NCBI GenBank assembly: GCA_030390025.1
Contig: JASTWF010000035.1
Location: 3,472,001 to 3,536,000 of the forward strand
Direction: 5' to 3'
DNA length: 64,000 nt
From: Squalus acanthias
Taxonomy: Eukaryota
In this document: in pieces, positions 12,104 through 23,850 of the stretch
How positions within the stretch are numbered: position 1 is the first letter of the stretch
Layout of the letters: every line of letters begins with the position of its first letter
Translations under genes and position numbers: made by a program
The notes under the pieces: model-generated
Seen by the model: the letters and a program-made list of their open reading frames with translations, nothing else
What the model was told of the DNA's origin: nothing
The model's database searches: none

Positions 12104-13540
12104 AGAATTTTATAAGTTTCAATGAGATCCCCTCTCATTCTTCTAAACTCCAGCGAATATAAGCCCAATCGACCCAATCTCTCTTCATACGTCATTCCTG
12201 CCATCCCAGGTATCAGCCTTGTGAATCTTCGCTGAACTCCTTCCATGGCAAGAACATCCTTCCTCAGATAAGGCGACCAAAACTGCACACAGTACTCAAG
12301 GTGTGGTCTCACCAAGGCCCTGTACAACTGCAGCAAGACATCCTTGTTCCTGTACTCAAACCCTCTCGCTATGAAGGCCAACATACCATTTGCCTTCTTA
12401 ACCGCTTGCTGCACCTGCATGCTTACCTTCAGCGACTGGTGCACAAGGACACCCAGGTCTCGTTGCACGTCCCCTTCTCCCAATCTATTGCCATTCAGAT
12501 AATAATCTGCCTTTCTGTTTTTGACACCAAAGTGGATAACCTCGCATTTATCCATGTTATATTGCATCTGCCACGCTTCTGCCCAATCACCCAACCAGTC
12601 CAAATCATCCTGGAGTTTCTCGGCCACCTCCTCGCAGCACACACGCCCACCCAGTTTTGTGTCGTCTGCAAACTTGGAGATATTACATCTAGTTCCCTTG
12701 TCTAGATCATTAATATAAATTGTGAATAGCTGGGGTCCAAGGACCGATCCCTGCGGTACCCCACTAGTCACTGCCTGCCACTCGGAAAAAGACCCGTTTA
12801 TTGCAACTCTTTGCTTTCTGTCTGCCAACCAGTTCTCTATCCAAGTCAATACCTTGCCCCCAATCCCATGTGCCTTAACTTTACACGCTAATCTCTTATG
12901 CGGGACCTTATCAAAAGCCTTTTGAAAGTCCAGATACACCACATCCACTGGTTCTCCCTTATCTATTTTACCAGTTACATCCTCAAAAAATTCCAGTAGA
13001 TTAGTCAAGCATGATTTACCTTTTGTAAATCCATGTTGACTTTGTCCGATCCTGTCACTGTTTTCCAAGTGCTCAGCTATTACATCTTTTATAATGGACA
13101 TTTTCCCCACTACTGATGTCAGGCTTACCGGTCTGTAATTCCCCGTTTTCTCTCTACCACCCTTTTTGAATAGTGGGGTAACATTAACTACCCTCCAATC
13201 CATGGGTACTGTTCCAGATTCCATCGAATGTTGGAAGATGATCAGCAATGCGTCTACTATTTCGAGTGCCGCTTCCTTAAGTACCCTAGGATGTAGATTA
13301 TCAGGCCCTGGGGATTTATCGGCCTTCAATCCCTTCAATTTCCCTAACACCATTTCCCTACAAATACTGATTTCTTTCAGTTCCTCCCTTTCATCAGACC
13401 CTATGTTTCCCAACATCTCTGGGAGGTTATTTGTGTCCTCCTTTGTGAAGACAGAACCAAAATATGTATTTAATTGGTCTGACATTTCTTTGTTCCCCAT
13501 TATAAGTTCCCCTGATTCTGATTGCAAGGGACCTACACTT

Positions 13541-14520
13541 GAGTTCCACAGGGGTCAGTGCTGGGTCCCCAACTCTTCACAATCTATATTAACGATTTGG
13601 AGGAAGGGACCAAGTGTAACATATCAAAATTTGCAGATGATACAAAGATGGGAGGGAAAGTAGTGAGTGAGGAGGACATAAAAAACCTGCAAGGGGACAT
13701 AGACAGGCTAAGTAAGTGGGCAGAGATTTGGCAGATGGAATACAACACTGGAAAGTGTGAGGTGATGCACTTTGGCAGGAAAAATCCTAGAGCAATTTAT
13801 TATCTTAATGGCAAGAAACTGGAGAGTACTGAAGTGCAAAGGGATCTGGGGGTCCTGGTGCACGAAACTCAAAAGGTTAGTATGCAGGTGCAGCAAGTGA
13901 TTAAGAAGGCAAATGGAATGTTGGCTTTCATTGCTAGGGGGATAGAATATAAAAATAGGGAGGTATTGCTTCAGTTGTACAAGGTATTGGTGAGACCGCA
14001 CCTGGAATACTGCATACAGTTTTGGTGTCCTTACTTAAGGAAAGACATCCTTGCTCTCGAGGCAGTGCAAAAAAGGTTCACTCGGTTAATCCCGGGGATG
14101 AGGGGGTGGTCATATGAGGAGAGGTTGGGTAGATTGGGACTCTACTCATTGGAGTTCAGAAGAATGAGAGGCGATCTTATTGAAACATATAAGATTGTGA
14201 AGGGGTTGGATCGGGTGGATGCGGGGAGGATGTTCCCGATGACGGGTGAGACGAGAACTAGGGGACATAGTCTTAGAATAAGGGGCTGCTCTTTCAAAAC
14301 TGAGATGAGGAGGAACTACTTCACTCAGAGGGTGGTAGGTCCATGGAATATGCTGCCACAAAAAGCTGTAGAAGCTACAACATTAATTAAATTTAAAACA
14401 GAAATAGACAGTTTCCTAGAAGTAAAGGGCATTAAGGGTTACGGGGAGCGGGCAGGAATTTGGACATGAGTCTAGGTTCGGATCGGTCATGGCCCTGTGG
14501 GTAGTGGAGCGGGCCCAGGT
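13541..14520 (+). mobile_element. CR1 RT/C-terminal fragment inserted antisense, lacking the terminal tail
   Basis: Open ORF 13558-14469; same subfamily as 47753-50960; ends inside the 3' UTR. Confidence 0.9.
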
Positions 14521-15364
14521 AATCTTTTTCTCTTCACATATCTATAAAAGCTTTTACAGTCAGTTTTTATGTTCCCTGCAAGCTTACTCTCGTATTCTAT
14601 TTTCCCCTTCTTAATTAATCCCTTTGTTGAATCTTAAACTGCTCCCAATCCTCAGGGTTACTGCTTTTTCTGGCCAATTTATATGCCCTCTCCTTGGATC
14701 TTATGCTATCCCTAATTTCCCTTGTTAGCCACGGTTGAGTCACCCTTTTTGTTTTATTCTTATGCCAAACTGGGATGAACAAATTCTGTAGTTCGTCCAT
14801 GCGGTCTTTGAATGTTTGCCATTGCCTATCCACCAACCTTTGAGTGACATTCCCCAATCAATCCTACCCAACTCGCACCTCATACCATCGTAGTTTCCTT
14901 TATTTAAATTCAGGACCCTAGTCTCTGAGTCAACTACTTCACTCTCCATCCTAATGAAGAATTCTATCATATTATGATCGCTCCGACCCAAGGGGCCTCG
15001 CACAACAAGATTGCTAATTAATCCTTTCACATTGCATAATACCCAGTCTAAGATGGCCTGATCTCTGGTTGGTTCCTCGACAGATTGGTCCAGGAAACCA
15101 TCCTGTAAACACTCCAGGAATTCCTCCTCCATAGTATTGTTACTAATTTGGTTAGCCCAATCTATATGTAGATTAAAGTCACCCATGATGACTGCTGTGC
15201 CCTTATTGCACGCTTCTCTAATTTCCCTTTTACTGTGGCCATGTTTGATTTAAACCGTTGTTTTCTCTGACTGCAACTTTTGTTTTTCTCCTTCCTATCT
15301 TTTGCTTTTATCCTTGTTTCCCTTTCCTCTGTCTCCCTGCTCAGGTTCCCAACCCCCTGCCATT

Positions 15365-16231
15365 TTAGTTTAAACCCTCCCCCAGAGCACTAGCAAACAC
15401 TCCCCCTCGGACATCGGTCCCGACCCTGCCCAGGTGTAGACCGTCTGGTTTGTACTGGTCCCACCTCCCCCAGAACCGGTTCCAATGCCCCAGGAATTTG
15501 AATCCCTCTCCCTTGCACCATTCCTCTAGCCACGTATTCATTTGAAATATCCTTCTATTTCTACTCTGACTAGCACGTGGCACTGGTAGCAATCCTGAGA
15601 TTACCACCTTTGAGGTCCTATTTTTTAATTTACCTCCTAACTCCCTATATTCTGCTTTTAGGACCTCATCCCGTTTTTTACCTATATCGTTGGTGCCTAT
15701 ATGCACCACGACAACTGGCTGTTCACCCTCCCCTTCCAAAATGCTCTGTAGCCGCTCTGAGACATCCTTGACCCTTGCAGCAGGGAGGCAACACACCATC
15801 CTGGAGTCTCGTTTGCTGCCGCAGAAACGCCTACCTATTCCCCTTACAATAGAATCCCCTATCACGATAGCTCTCCCACTCTTTTTCCTCCCATCCTGTG
15901 CAGCAGAACCACCTATGGTGCTAGGAAGTTGGCTGCTGCTGTCTTCCCCTGATAAGCTATCTCCCTCAACAATATTCAAAGCGGTATATCTGTTTGAGAG
16001 GGGGATGGCCACAGGGGACCCCTGCACTACCTGCCTGCACCTACTGCTCTGCCTGGTGGTCACCCATTCCTTTCTTGCCTGTGCAGCCTTTACCTGCGGT
16101 GTGACCAACTCCCTAAACGTGCTATCCATGATGTTCTCAGCATCGCGAATGCTCCAGTATGCATCCATCTGCAGCTCCAGTGCCGCAATGCGGTCTGTCA
16201 GTAGCTGCAGCTGGATACACCTCCCGCACAC
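15365..16231 (-). CDS. CR1 ORF1p (SGNH/GDSL esterase domain), open frame, 5'-truncated within the zinc finger
   Basis: CGRC...IAALELQM coiled coil, AIVIGDSIVRG, VVVHIGTND, DGLH; typical vertebrate CR1 ORF1. Confidence 0.85.
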   Translation of the reverse strand: MCGRCIQLQLLTDRIAALELQMDAYWSIRDAENIMDSTFRELVTPQVKAAQARKEWVTTRQSSRCRQVVQGSPVAIPLSNRYTALNIVEGDSLSGEDSSSQLPSTIGGSAAQDGRKKSGRAIVIGDSIVRGIGRRFCGSKRDSRMVCCLPAARVKDVSERLQSILEGEGEQPVVVVHIGTNDIGKKRDEVLKAEYRELGGKLKNRTSKVVISGLLPVPRASQSRNRRIFQMNTWLEEWCKGEGFKFLGHWNRFWGRWDQYKPDGLHLGRVGTDVRGGVFASALGEGLN

Positions 16232-16462
16232 ATGGTTGTCAGGGACACAGGAAGTAGTTATTCGGCTGATCCAGTTAAGTTTCTGGTCAATGGTGAACCC
16301 CAGAATGTTGATGGTGGGGATTTGGCAATGGTAATCCCATTGAATGTCAAGGGGAGGTGGCTAGACACACTCTTGTTGGAGATGGTCATTGCCTGGGATT
16401 TGTGTGGCATGAATGTTACTTGTCACTTAGCAGCCCAAGCCTGAATGTTGTGTTGGTCTTGC

Positions 16463-16850
16463 TGTGCCTCTGTCGTGTGCGAATCCAATGCCTAGGTCGA
16501 TGCAAGATGATCCGTCCAGTTTTCTTCTTTTTTTTCGTAGAGGTTTTGATACGACTGAGTGACTTGCTCGACCATTTCAGAGGGCAGTTGAGAGTCACAT
16601 TGCTGTGGGTCTGGAGTCACATATAGGCCAGATAGGGTAAGGACGGCAGATTTCCTTCCCTGAAGGGCATTCGTGAACCAGATGGGTTTTTACCTGATCA
16701 CCATTACTGATATTAGCTTTTTATTCCAGATTTATTTAATTAACTGAATTTAAATTCCCCAAATGCCGTAGTGGGATTTAAACTCATGTCTCTGGATCTC
16801 CGGCCTCTGGATTACTAGTCCGGTAACATAACCACTATGCTACCATACCC
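16463..16850 (-). mobile_element. Family B 5' end: tRNA-like head plus ~300-nt leader
   Basis: Box A TAGCATAGTGG (16842-16832), anticodon-like stem-loop, decayed box B (16785-16773); collinear with 56369-56695. Confidence 0.8.
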
Positions 16851-16895
16851 CGTTACAGGAAAACATTAATAAACTTGCAGAATGGGCATGTAATT

Positions 16896-17460
16896 GCCCC
16901 ACCTGGAGTATTGTGTACAGTTTTGGTCTCCTTACCTAAGGAAGGATATACTTGCCATTGAGGAAGTGCAACAAAGGTTCACCAGACTGGTTCGTGGGAT
17001 GGGGGGATTGTCCTATGAGGAGAGATTGAGTAGACTAGGCCTATATTCTCTAGAGTTTAGAAGAATGAGAGGTGATCTCTTTGAAACATACAAAATTCTT
17101 ACAGGGCTTGACAGGGTAGATGCAGGGAGCATGATTCCCCTGGCTGGGGAGTCTAGAACCAGGGGTCACAGTCTCAGAATAAGGGGTCAGCCATTTAGGA
17201 CTGAGATGAGGAGAAATTTCTTCACTCAGAGGGTGGTGAATCTTTGGAATTCTCTACCGCAGAGGGCTGAGGAGGTTCAGTTGTTGAGTATATTCAAGAC
17301 ATAGATAGATTTTTTGAATATTAAGGGAATGAAGGGATATGGAGATAGTGCAGGAAAGTGAAGTTGAGGTCGATGATCAGCCATAATCTTATTGAATGGC
17401 GGAGCAGGCTTGAGGGGCCGAATGGCCGACTCCTGCTCCGATTTCGTATGTTCTTACTAT
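16896..17460 (+). mobile_element. CR1 3' fragment
   Basis: PHLEYCVQFWSP through the 3' UTR tail. Confidence 0.9.
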
Positions 17461-18152
17461 CTACTATAGATAAGTATGTTGTGGTACATTTTGATAGGAA
17501 GAATAAAGAGGCCACATACTCCTTGAAACATAAGTGTCTAAATGGTGTTGAGGAGCAGAGGGATCTGGGGGTACAAATACACAAATCACTAAAAGTATCG
17601 ACACAGGTTAACAAGGCCATTAAAAAAAAAAGCAAACCAAGCACTAGGGTTTATTTCTAGAGGGATAGAATTGAAAAGTAGGGAAGTTATGCTGAACTTG
17701 TATCGAACCCTGGTTAGACCACACTTGGAGTACTGCGTACAATTCTAGTCGCCATATTATAAAAAGGATGTGGAGGCACTGGAGAGGGTGCAGAGAAGAT
17801 TTACAAGGATGATATCAGAAATGCGAGGCTATGCCTATCAGGAAAGGATGAACAGGCTGGGTCTCGAAAAGAGACGGCTGAGGTCTTTAAAATCATTAAA
17901 GGTTTTGATAGAGTGGATACAGAGAGACTGTTTCCACTTGTGGGGAAGAGCAAAACTAGAGGCCATCAATATAGGATAGTCACCAAAAAATCAAATAGGG
18001 AATTCAGAAGACACTTCTTTACCCAGAGAGTGGTGAGAATGTGGAACTCGCTACCACAGGGAGTGGTTGAAGCGAATAGTATAGATGCATTTAAGGAGAA
18101 GCTAGATAAACTCATGGAGGAGAAAGGAATATAAGAACACGTTGATGGGGTT

Positions 18153-18548
18153 AGAATCATAGAAAAATAGGAGCAGGAGGCGGCCATTCAGCCCTTCGAG
18201 CCTGCTCCGCCATTTAATATGATCATGGCTGATCCTCTATCTCAACACCATATTCCCGCTCTCTCCCCATACCCCTTGATACCTTTTGTGTCTAGAAATC
18301 TATCTATCTCCTCCTTAAATATATTCAGTGACTTGGCCTCCACAGCCTTCTGTGGTAGAGAATTCCACAGGTTCACCACCCTCTGAGTGAAGAAATTTCT
18401 CCTCATCTCAGTCCTAAATGTCCTACCTCGTATCCTGAGACTGACCCCTTGTTCTAGACCCCCCAGCCTGGGGAAACATACTCCCTGCATCCAGTCTGTC
18501 TAGCCCTGTCAGAATTTTATACGTTTCAATGAGATCCCCTCTCATTCT
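18153..18548 (-). mobile_element. CR1 3' fragment
   Basis: RMRGDLIETYK through the 3' UTR tail. Confidence 0.9.
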
Positions 18549-18655
18549 TAGATGAAGAATTGTGGGAGGTGGCTTGTGTGGAGCATAAACACCAGCATAG
18601 ACCTTTTGGGGCAAATGTCCTGTTACTGTGCTGTAAATTCTGTGTAATTCTATGT

Positions 18656-18716
18656 AATAATTGATTACTGGGCTCAGGTAGGCGAGATAATCCTGTCATA
18701 AAATATCGAGTATAAT
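18656..18716 (+). repeat. Displaced unit of the 2095-2768 minisatellite
   Basis: TAATTGATTACTGGGCTCAGGTAGGCGAGATAATCCTGTCATAAAATATCGAGTATAAT. Confidence 0.9.
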
Positions 18717-18729
18717 GCTCATTTTTCCC

Positions 18730-19510
18730 GCCCATTCGATCAGGTTTCCGCCCCTGTCACAACACTGAAATGACCCTAGCCACTGTCTGAGGCTGAACCA
18801 GACCGTTCACAACCTCGGCGTCCTATTTGACCCTGAGATGAACTTCCGACCCCATATCCTCTCCATCACCAAGACCGCCTATTTCCGCCTCGTAACATCG
18901 CCCGTCTCCGTCCCTGCCTCAGCCCATCTGCTGCTGAAACCCTCATCCATACCTTTGTTACCTCAAGAACGGACTATTCCAATGCACTCTTGGCTAGCCT
19001 CCCACATTCTACTCTACGTAAACTTGAGGTCATCCAAAACTCAGCTGCCCGTATCCTAACTCGCACCAAGTCCTGTCCACCCATCGCACCTGTGCTATAT
19101 CACCTATATTGGCTCCTGGTCCGGCAACACCTCGTTTTAAAATTCTTATCCTTGTTTTCAAATCCCTCCATGGCCTTGCCCCTCCCTATCTCTGTAACCT
19201 CCTACAGCCCTACAACCCTCTGAGATCTCTGCGCTCCTCCAATTGTGGCCTCAGCGCTTCCCCGTTTTCTTCACTCCACCATTGACGGCCCTAAGCTCTG
19301 GAATTCTATCCCTAAGCCTGTCCGCCTCTCTATCTCTCCCTCCTGCTTGAAGAGGCTCCTTAAATCCTACCTTTTTGATCAAGTTTTTGGTCACCTGTCC
19401 TAATAGCTCCTTATGTGACTCGGTGTCAAATTTTGTTTGATAATCGCTCCCATGAAGTGCCTTGGGATGTTTTACTATGTTAAAGGCGCTATATAAATGC
19501 AAGTTGTTGT
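18730..19510 (+). mobile_element. L2 LINE 3' fragment
   Basis: NLGVLFDPEMNF, IQNSAARILTRTK; L2 tail AAAGGCGCTATATAAATGCAAGTTGTTG. Confidence 0.88.
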
Positions 19511-19574
19511 ACAATCATTTACTAGGCTCAGGTAATGAGGTAATCCCGTCATATAATATCGATTATAATTGAGT
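19510..19574 (+). repeat. Second displaced unit of the 2095-2768 minisatellite
   Basis: AATCATTTACTAGGCTCAGGTAATGAGGTAATCCCGTCATATAATATCGATTATAATTGA. Confidence 0.85.
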
Positions 19575-19990
19575 AGAATTTTGGAAGGCAGAATGAGGAG
19601 AAGCAATATAAAGTAAATAGTACAATTTTAAAGGGGATGCAGGAACAGAGAGACCTGGGGGTGTATCTACAAAAATCTCTGAAGGTGTCTGGACAAGTTG
19701 ATAAGGCTGTTAAAAAAGCACATGGGATCCTTGGCTTTATAAACAAAAGCAATGAAGTTATGTTAAATCTTTATAAATCACTGATTCGGCCTCAGCTGGA
19801 GTATTGTATCCAGTTCTGAGCACCACAACTTTAGGCAGGATGTCAAGGCCTTGAAGAGGGTGCAGAAGAGATTTACTAGAATGGCACCAGGGATGTGGGA
19901 CTTTAGTTATGTGAAGAGACTGGAGAAGGTGGGGTTGTTCTCCTTAGATCAAAGATGGTTAAGGGGAGATTTAATAGAGGTGTTTTGATA
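19575..19990 (+). mobile_element. Decayed CR1 fragment
   Basis: QRDLGVYL and IRPQLEYCIQF motifs. Confidence 0.85.
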
Positions 19991-20199
19991 AAGATTTTTA
20001 AATAACTTTTAAACTGCGTCTGCCTCTCTGCTGAGCTGGTTCTCCTGGTTTTCAGCTTTGTTGGCTTCTGGCTAGTAGCTGCTGTTTCACTGCTGTCCGG
20101 TGACTCATTCTACTGGTTTTTCAGCTTAGCTGGTCACTGGCTTATGATTTTACATTTTCTCCACCGCTTTTGATCTACAATGACATAGAAAAATAGAAG

Positions 20200-23045
20200 C
20201 AGCAGTAGTAGATTTGGCCCTTCAATGACCTCCAATTTGCGTCAATTTCGCCATCATCTTTCTGCACCGCAACCGATTCTCATTCCTGCAGCAATAACCT
20301 CCATTCTCCAATTTCTCTATCCTTCAAATAGCTTCTGGATTTCACTCGCCTGCTACACCTGTCTTCCGAACTTGGACAACAGTTGGTCAATGCCTCATGC
20401 CGACTCCATCCTAAGTCAACTTTATCCCTCCATGGGACCTTTGACTTCAACTATGGTCTCCCTACTATTGTCCAACTTATTCCCTGCTACTACCAGGAAA
20501 TATGTATTCCATTAATTACTTCATAACCTGAGTTTTTCCCTGCGTCAATTTGCGTGCGCACTTTGTCTGCCGCTCTGGACCCGAGCCGTTCACTTTTTCC
20601 ACTTTTTTCTCCCCCCTTTTCCTTTTCTCTCTATCCCTCCCTGACCGCTCTCTCTTGTCGTCATGCCTCCTTTCATCTCTCCTCTCTCGGATACTCTGCC
20701 CTCCCAAATCCCTACCCCAATCCTTCATTACTCTTTGACCTTCCTACTCTCCTGCCGCTGTCCAGGCTTGACTCCCTCTTAGATAAGCCAACAGCTTCCC
20801 TCTGTGCTTCTCTTAGCATCCTCTGAAAGGCCCACCATGGCACTCGTCGCTGCCTCCTGACAAACAGCAACCCCAACTGTCCCATCCTACTTTCTCGCCG
20901 ACCTTCCCGCCCAGCGTGCCCATTGGGGCTAATCTTACTAATCTTCCCGTCCAACTCACCCCTCCCAGCGCTGACCCTGTGGACGCTGGCAGTGGGTCAG
21001 CCATCACCGACCCTACCCGCATCTCTCTCCAGAATGTTCGTTCACTTGTGAACAAGGCCCTTGCCATCTATGAGCTTATCGTGGATGATTGGATCGACAT
21101 CATGGCCCTGACAGAAACTTGGCTGAGGTGTGATGACACTTTACCCTTAATTGAAGCCTTCCCGTCTGGCTATACCTTCCACCACTTGCCCCACCCAGAC
21201 CGCAGTGGTGACAGTGTGGCTGTCATCACCAAATCACACCTTGGTCTGTCCCCCTACTCCTCCGGCACTTACTCCTCCGGCACTTTCTCCTCCTTTTGAG
21301 AATCTCGCCTTATTCCACCCCTCTCACCTCTCATTTCAAATTCTTGTTCTCTACCGCCCACCCAAGTACCATAAAAATTTTATTATCAAGATATCTTCAC
21401 TGCTTTCCTCCCTCAGCCTCTGCACCGAGCGACTTCTCATCCTCGGTGATTTCAACTTCCATCTCAATTCATCATGCTCTCTCTCCTCTGAGTTCACTAC
21501 CCTCGTATCCTCCCTTAATCTCGCCCTCCACGTAAACTCCCCAACCCATATTCACAGCCACCCCCTCGAACTTGCCATCTCTCGTGGCCTCGCTACTCTC
21601 ATTGTGTCAATTGCAGATAAGACCATCTCTGACCAGTTCCTCGTATTGCTCTCTACCCACATCCCCCGCCCACCCCAAACCCTACTTCCTTCTGTGTCCG
21701 CCCCTGGAAAAAACTCTCTCCCAACTCTCTTGCAACTGCACTTATGAAAGCCCAACTATCCAACCTTTGGCCCTCCATTCACCACGACATTTCTGCAGCT
21801 ACCGATCTGCTCAACCACACCCTCACCACCACCTTTGATGCCCTAGTCCCTATTAAAACAATTACTCTCTCTCACCTTAGCCGTTCCCTCTGGTATGGCC
21901 CTCATCTTCGCTCCCTTAAGTTCAAGGGGCGCAGACTTGACCGGATCTGGCAGACAACTGGCCAGATCTGTCTGGACCTGATAAAGCATTATCGGGTCCT
22001 GCTCTCGTTTGCCAAAACTGCTCACTATTCCAGAATTATTCTGGAATGCAAAGATAAACCTCGGCTTCTATTCTCTACTGCAAGCCATCTTCTTAAACCC
22101 TTCTCCCCTGTCTCCTCCACCCTCACCTCTGACAACAAGTGTGAGGAGCTCATGGACTTCTTTGTCTCTTAAGATTGAGACCATCTGTTCAGCTGCCTTT
22201 GCCACTTCCCTTCCTTCCACGAGCCCACCGTGCCAAATTTCCTGTATGGTTCCCCCCTGCCCTAGTCCTGAACTCGCATCTTTCTCCAGTTACTCTCCGA
22301 TCTCCCTTCATGACCTCTCCGTGCTCATCTTGTCCATGAGACCCACTTCCTGCTCCCTCGACCCTATTCCCACCAAACTGCTGATCACCCAACTTCCTTT
22401 TCTGGCTCCCATGTTAGCTGACATTGTTAACAGTTCTCTTTCCTCAGGTACTGTCCCTCTCTCCCTCAAATCTGCCATCATCACCCCTCTCCTCAAAAAA
22501 CCAACCCTTGACCACTTCGTCCTTGCAAACTGCCACCCCATCTCCAACCTCCCTTTCCTCTCCAAAGTCCTTGAACATGTTGTCCCCTCCCAAATCCGTG
22601 CCCATCTTTCCCCGGAACTCCATATTTGAATCCTTCCAATCAGGTTTCCGCCCCGCCATAGTACCAAAATAGTTCTCATCAAAGTCACAAATGACATCCT
22701 TTGTGACTGTGACAAAGGTAAACTATCCCTCCTCGTCCTTCTCGAATTGTCTGCAGCCTTTGACACGGTTCACCACACCATCCTCCTCCAACGCCTCTCC
22801 ACCGTCGTCCAGCTGGGTGGGACTGCACTCACCCGGTTTCATTCTTATCTATTTAATTGTAGCCAGAGAATCACCTGCAATGGCTTCTCTTCCTGCTCCC
22901 GCATCGTTACCTCTGGTGTCCCTCAAGGATCTATCCATGGCCCCCTCCTATTTCTCATTTACATGCTGCCCCTTAGCAACATCATCCAAAAACACAGCGT
23001 CAGTTTCCACATGTACGTTGACGTCACCCAGCTCTACCTCACCAC
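20200..23045 (+). mobile_element. L2 LINE, 5' region with EN and RT to the YxDD motif, 3'-truncated and decayed
   Basis: LQNVRSLVNK, MALTETWL, LGDFN, SCSLDPIPT, LSAAFDTVHH, GVPQGS..GP, YVDVTQLYL. The 5' boundary is uncertain. Confidence 0.88.
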
Positions 23046-23850
23046 CTATGTTCCCTCTAAGGTGCGCGCGGCTGCACACGGATCTGAAAGTTCCCGCGCA
23101 CTTAAATTCTCAGGCCGCGCACTGGACAGCTGGAGCGGAGTAGGAGGGGCCCAATACTGAACTAGTGAGATAAAGTCACAGCGCTGAGAGAATGGCCCGG
23201 GAACCTCACAGAGCCAACCCGAATTGGAACGGCGTTTGGTAAGAGCCCTGGAACCCGGCAAGCATTGTTTCAGACGGCCGTTGACTAATGGCAGCCGTAG
23301 GACCCACAATTCTCTGCGCCCCAGCAACCACTCTATCTACCCTGCTGATTTCCCCGCTGAGAGTGCGCATGCTCCCCAGGGCGACGGTGCATTCAAAAGA
23401 GAGAAATAGTCGGACTCGGTGGAACCAGGAGGCACTGGGGCTGCGATTAAATGGTGTTGGGTCCGGCGGCTTTGATTCGGGGCCTGAGACACGCATTCGG
23501 TGACTTATTGCTGAGACCTGCGCTCATCCCCGTTCAATTTCCTGTACCTGCTTTGCGCAGGAAATCAGTCTCCGGCCGCACTTTAGATCAGCACATCCCG
23601 GGAGCCTGACCGATAACAACAACAATAACATAAGTCACCAGTTCTTTGGGTATACAAGTTGTGTGCTGAATTATTTTGATGAATGCTCTTTTTTAGGCTT
23701 ATCAAAGTGATGTTGGAGATTATATTCAGGTTCCTGATAAGGGTCTCAGTGTCACACTCATGTTACAGCATTGCCTTTCCACCTCTGGGAGTCGGGTTTG
23801 AATCCATTGTGGAGAGAGGAAAGGAAAGTTCCTGGTTTTCTGTTTCGAAA

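Larger units (their letters stand above)
11646..16252 (-). mobile_element. Near full-length CR1 with ORF1 (zinc-finger/coiled coil plus SGNH esterase), partly deleted EN, RT and tail
   Basis: ORF 15365-16231 has GDS, HIGTND and DGLH motifs; EN 14740-15186 (GDFN, SDH); RT 11989-13527; tail (TTCTATGA-type) at 11646. Confidence 0.93.
11036..16462 (-). mobile_element. 5'-truncated family B copy (pieces 16253-16462 and 11036-11645) with poly(A), split by a CR1
   Basis: Both sides align to the intact copy around 6990-7030; AGTATTT/AGTAGTT flank the CR1 as an imperfect TSD. Confidence 0.8.
2769..18657 (+). mobile_element. Old 5'-truncated CR1 LINE acting as host of a nested stack (own pieces ~2769-2882, 3443-4015, 5200-6400, 16853-16895, 17461-18152, 18549-18657)
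   Basis: Pieces read collinearly: ORF1 end (WDGLHLN), endonuclease (AGITETWL), RT (...EEDSD at 6400 resumes as LQENINKLAEW at 16853), C-terminus, and the CR1 tail ATTCTGTGTAATTCTATGTAA ending 18657. Confidence 0.75.

Noticed and set aside
12301..12925. Recurrent antisense ORFs (MWSHQG..., MNSWGPRTDPCGTP...)
   Set aside because: They are shadows of CR1 ORF2 on the opposite strand and recur only because the LINE does.
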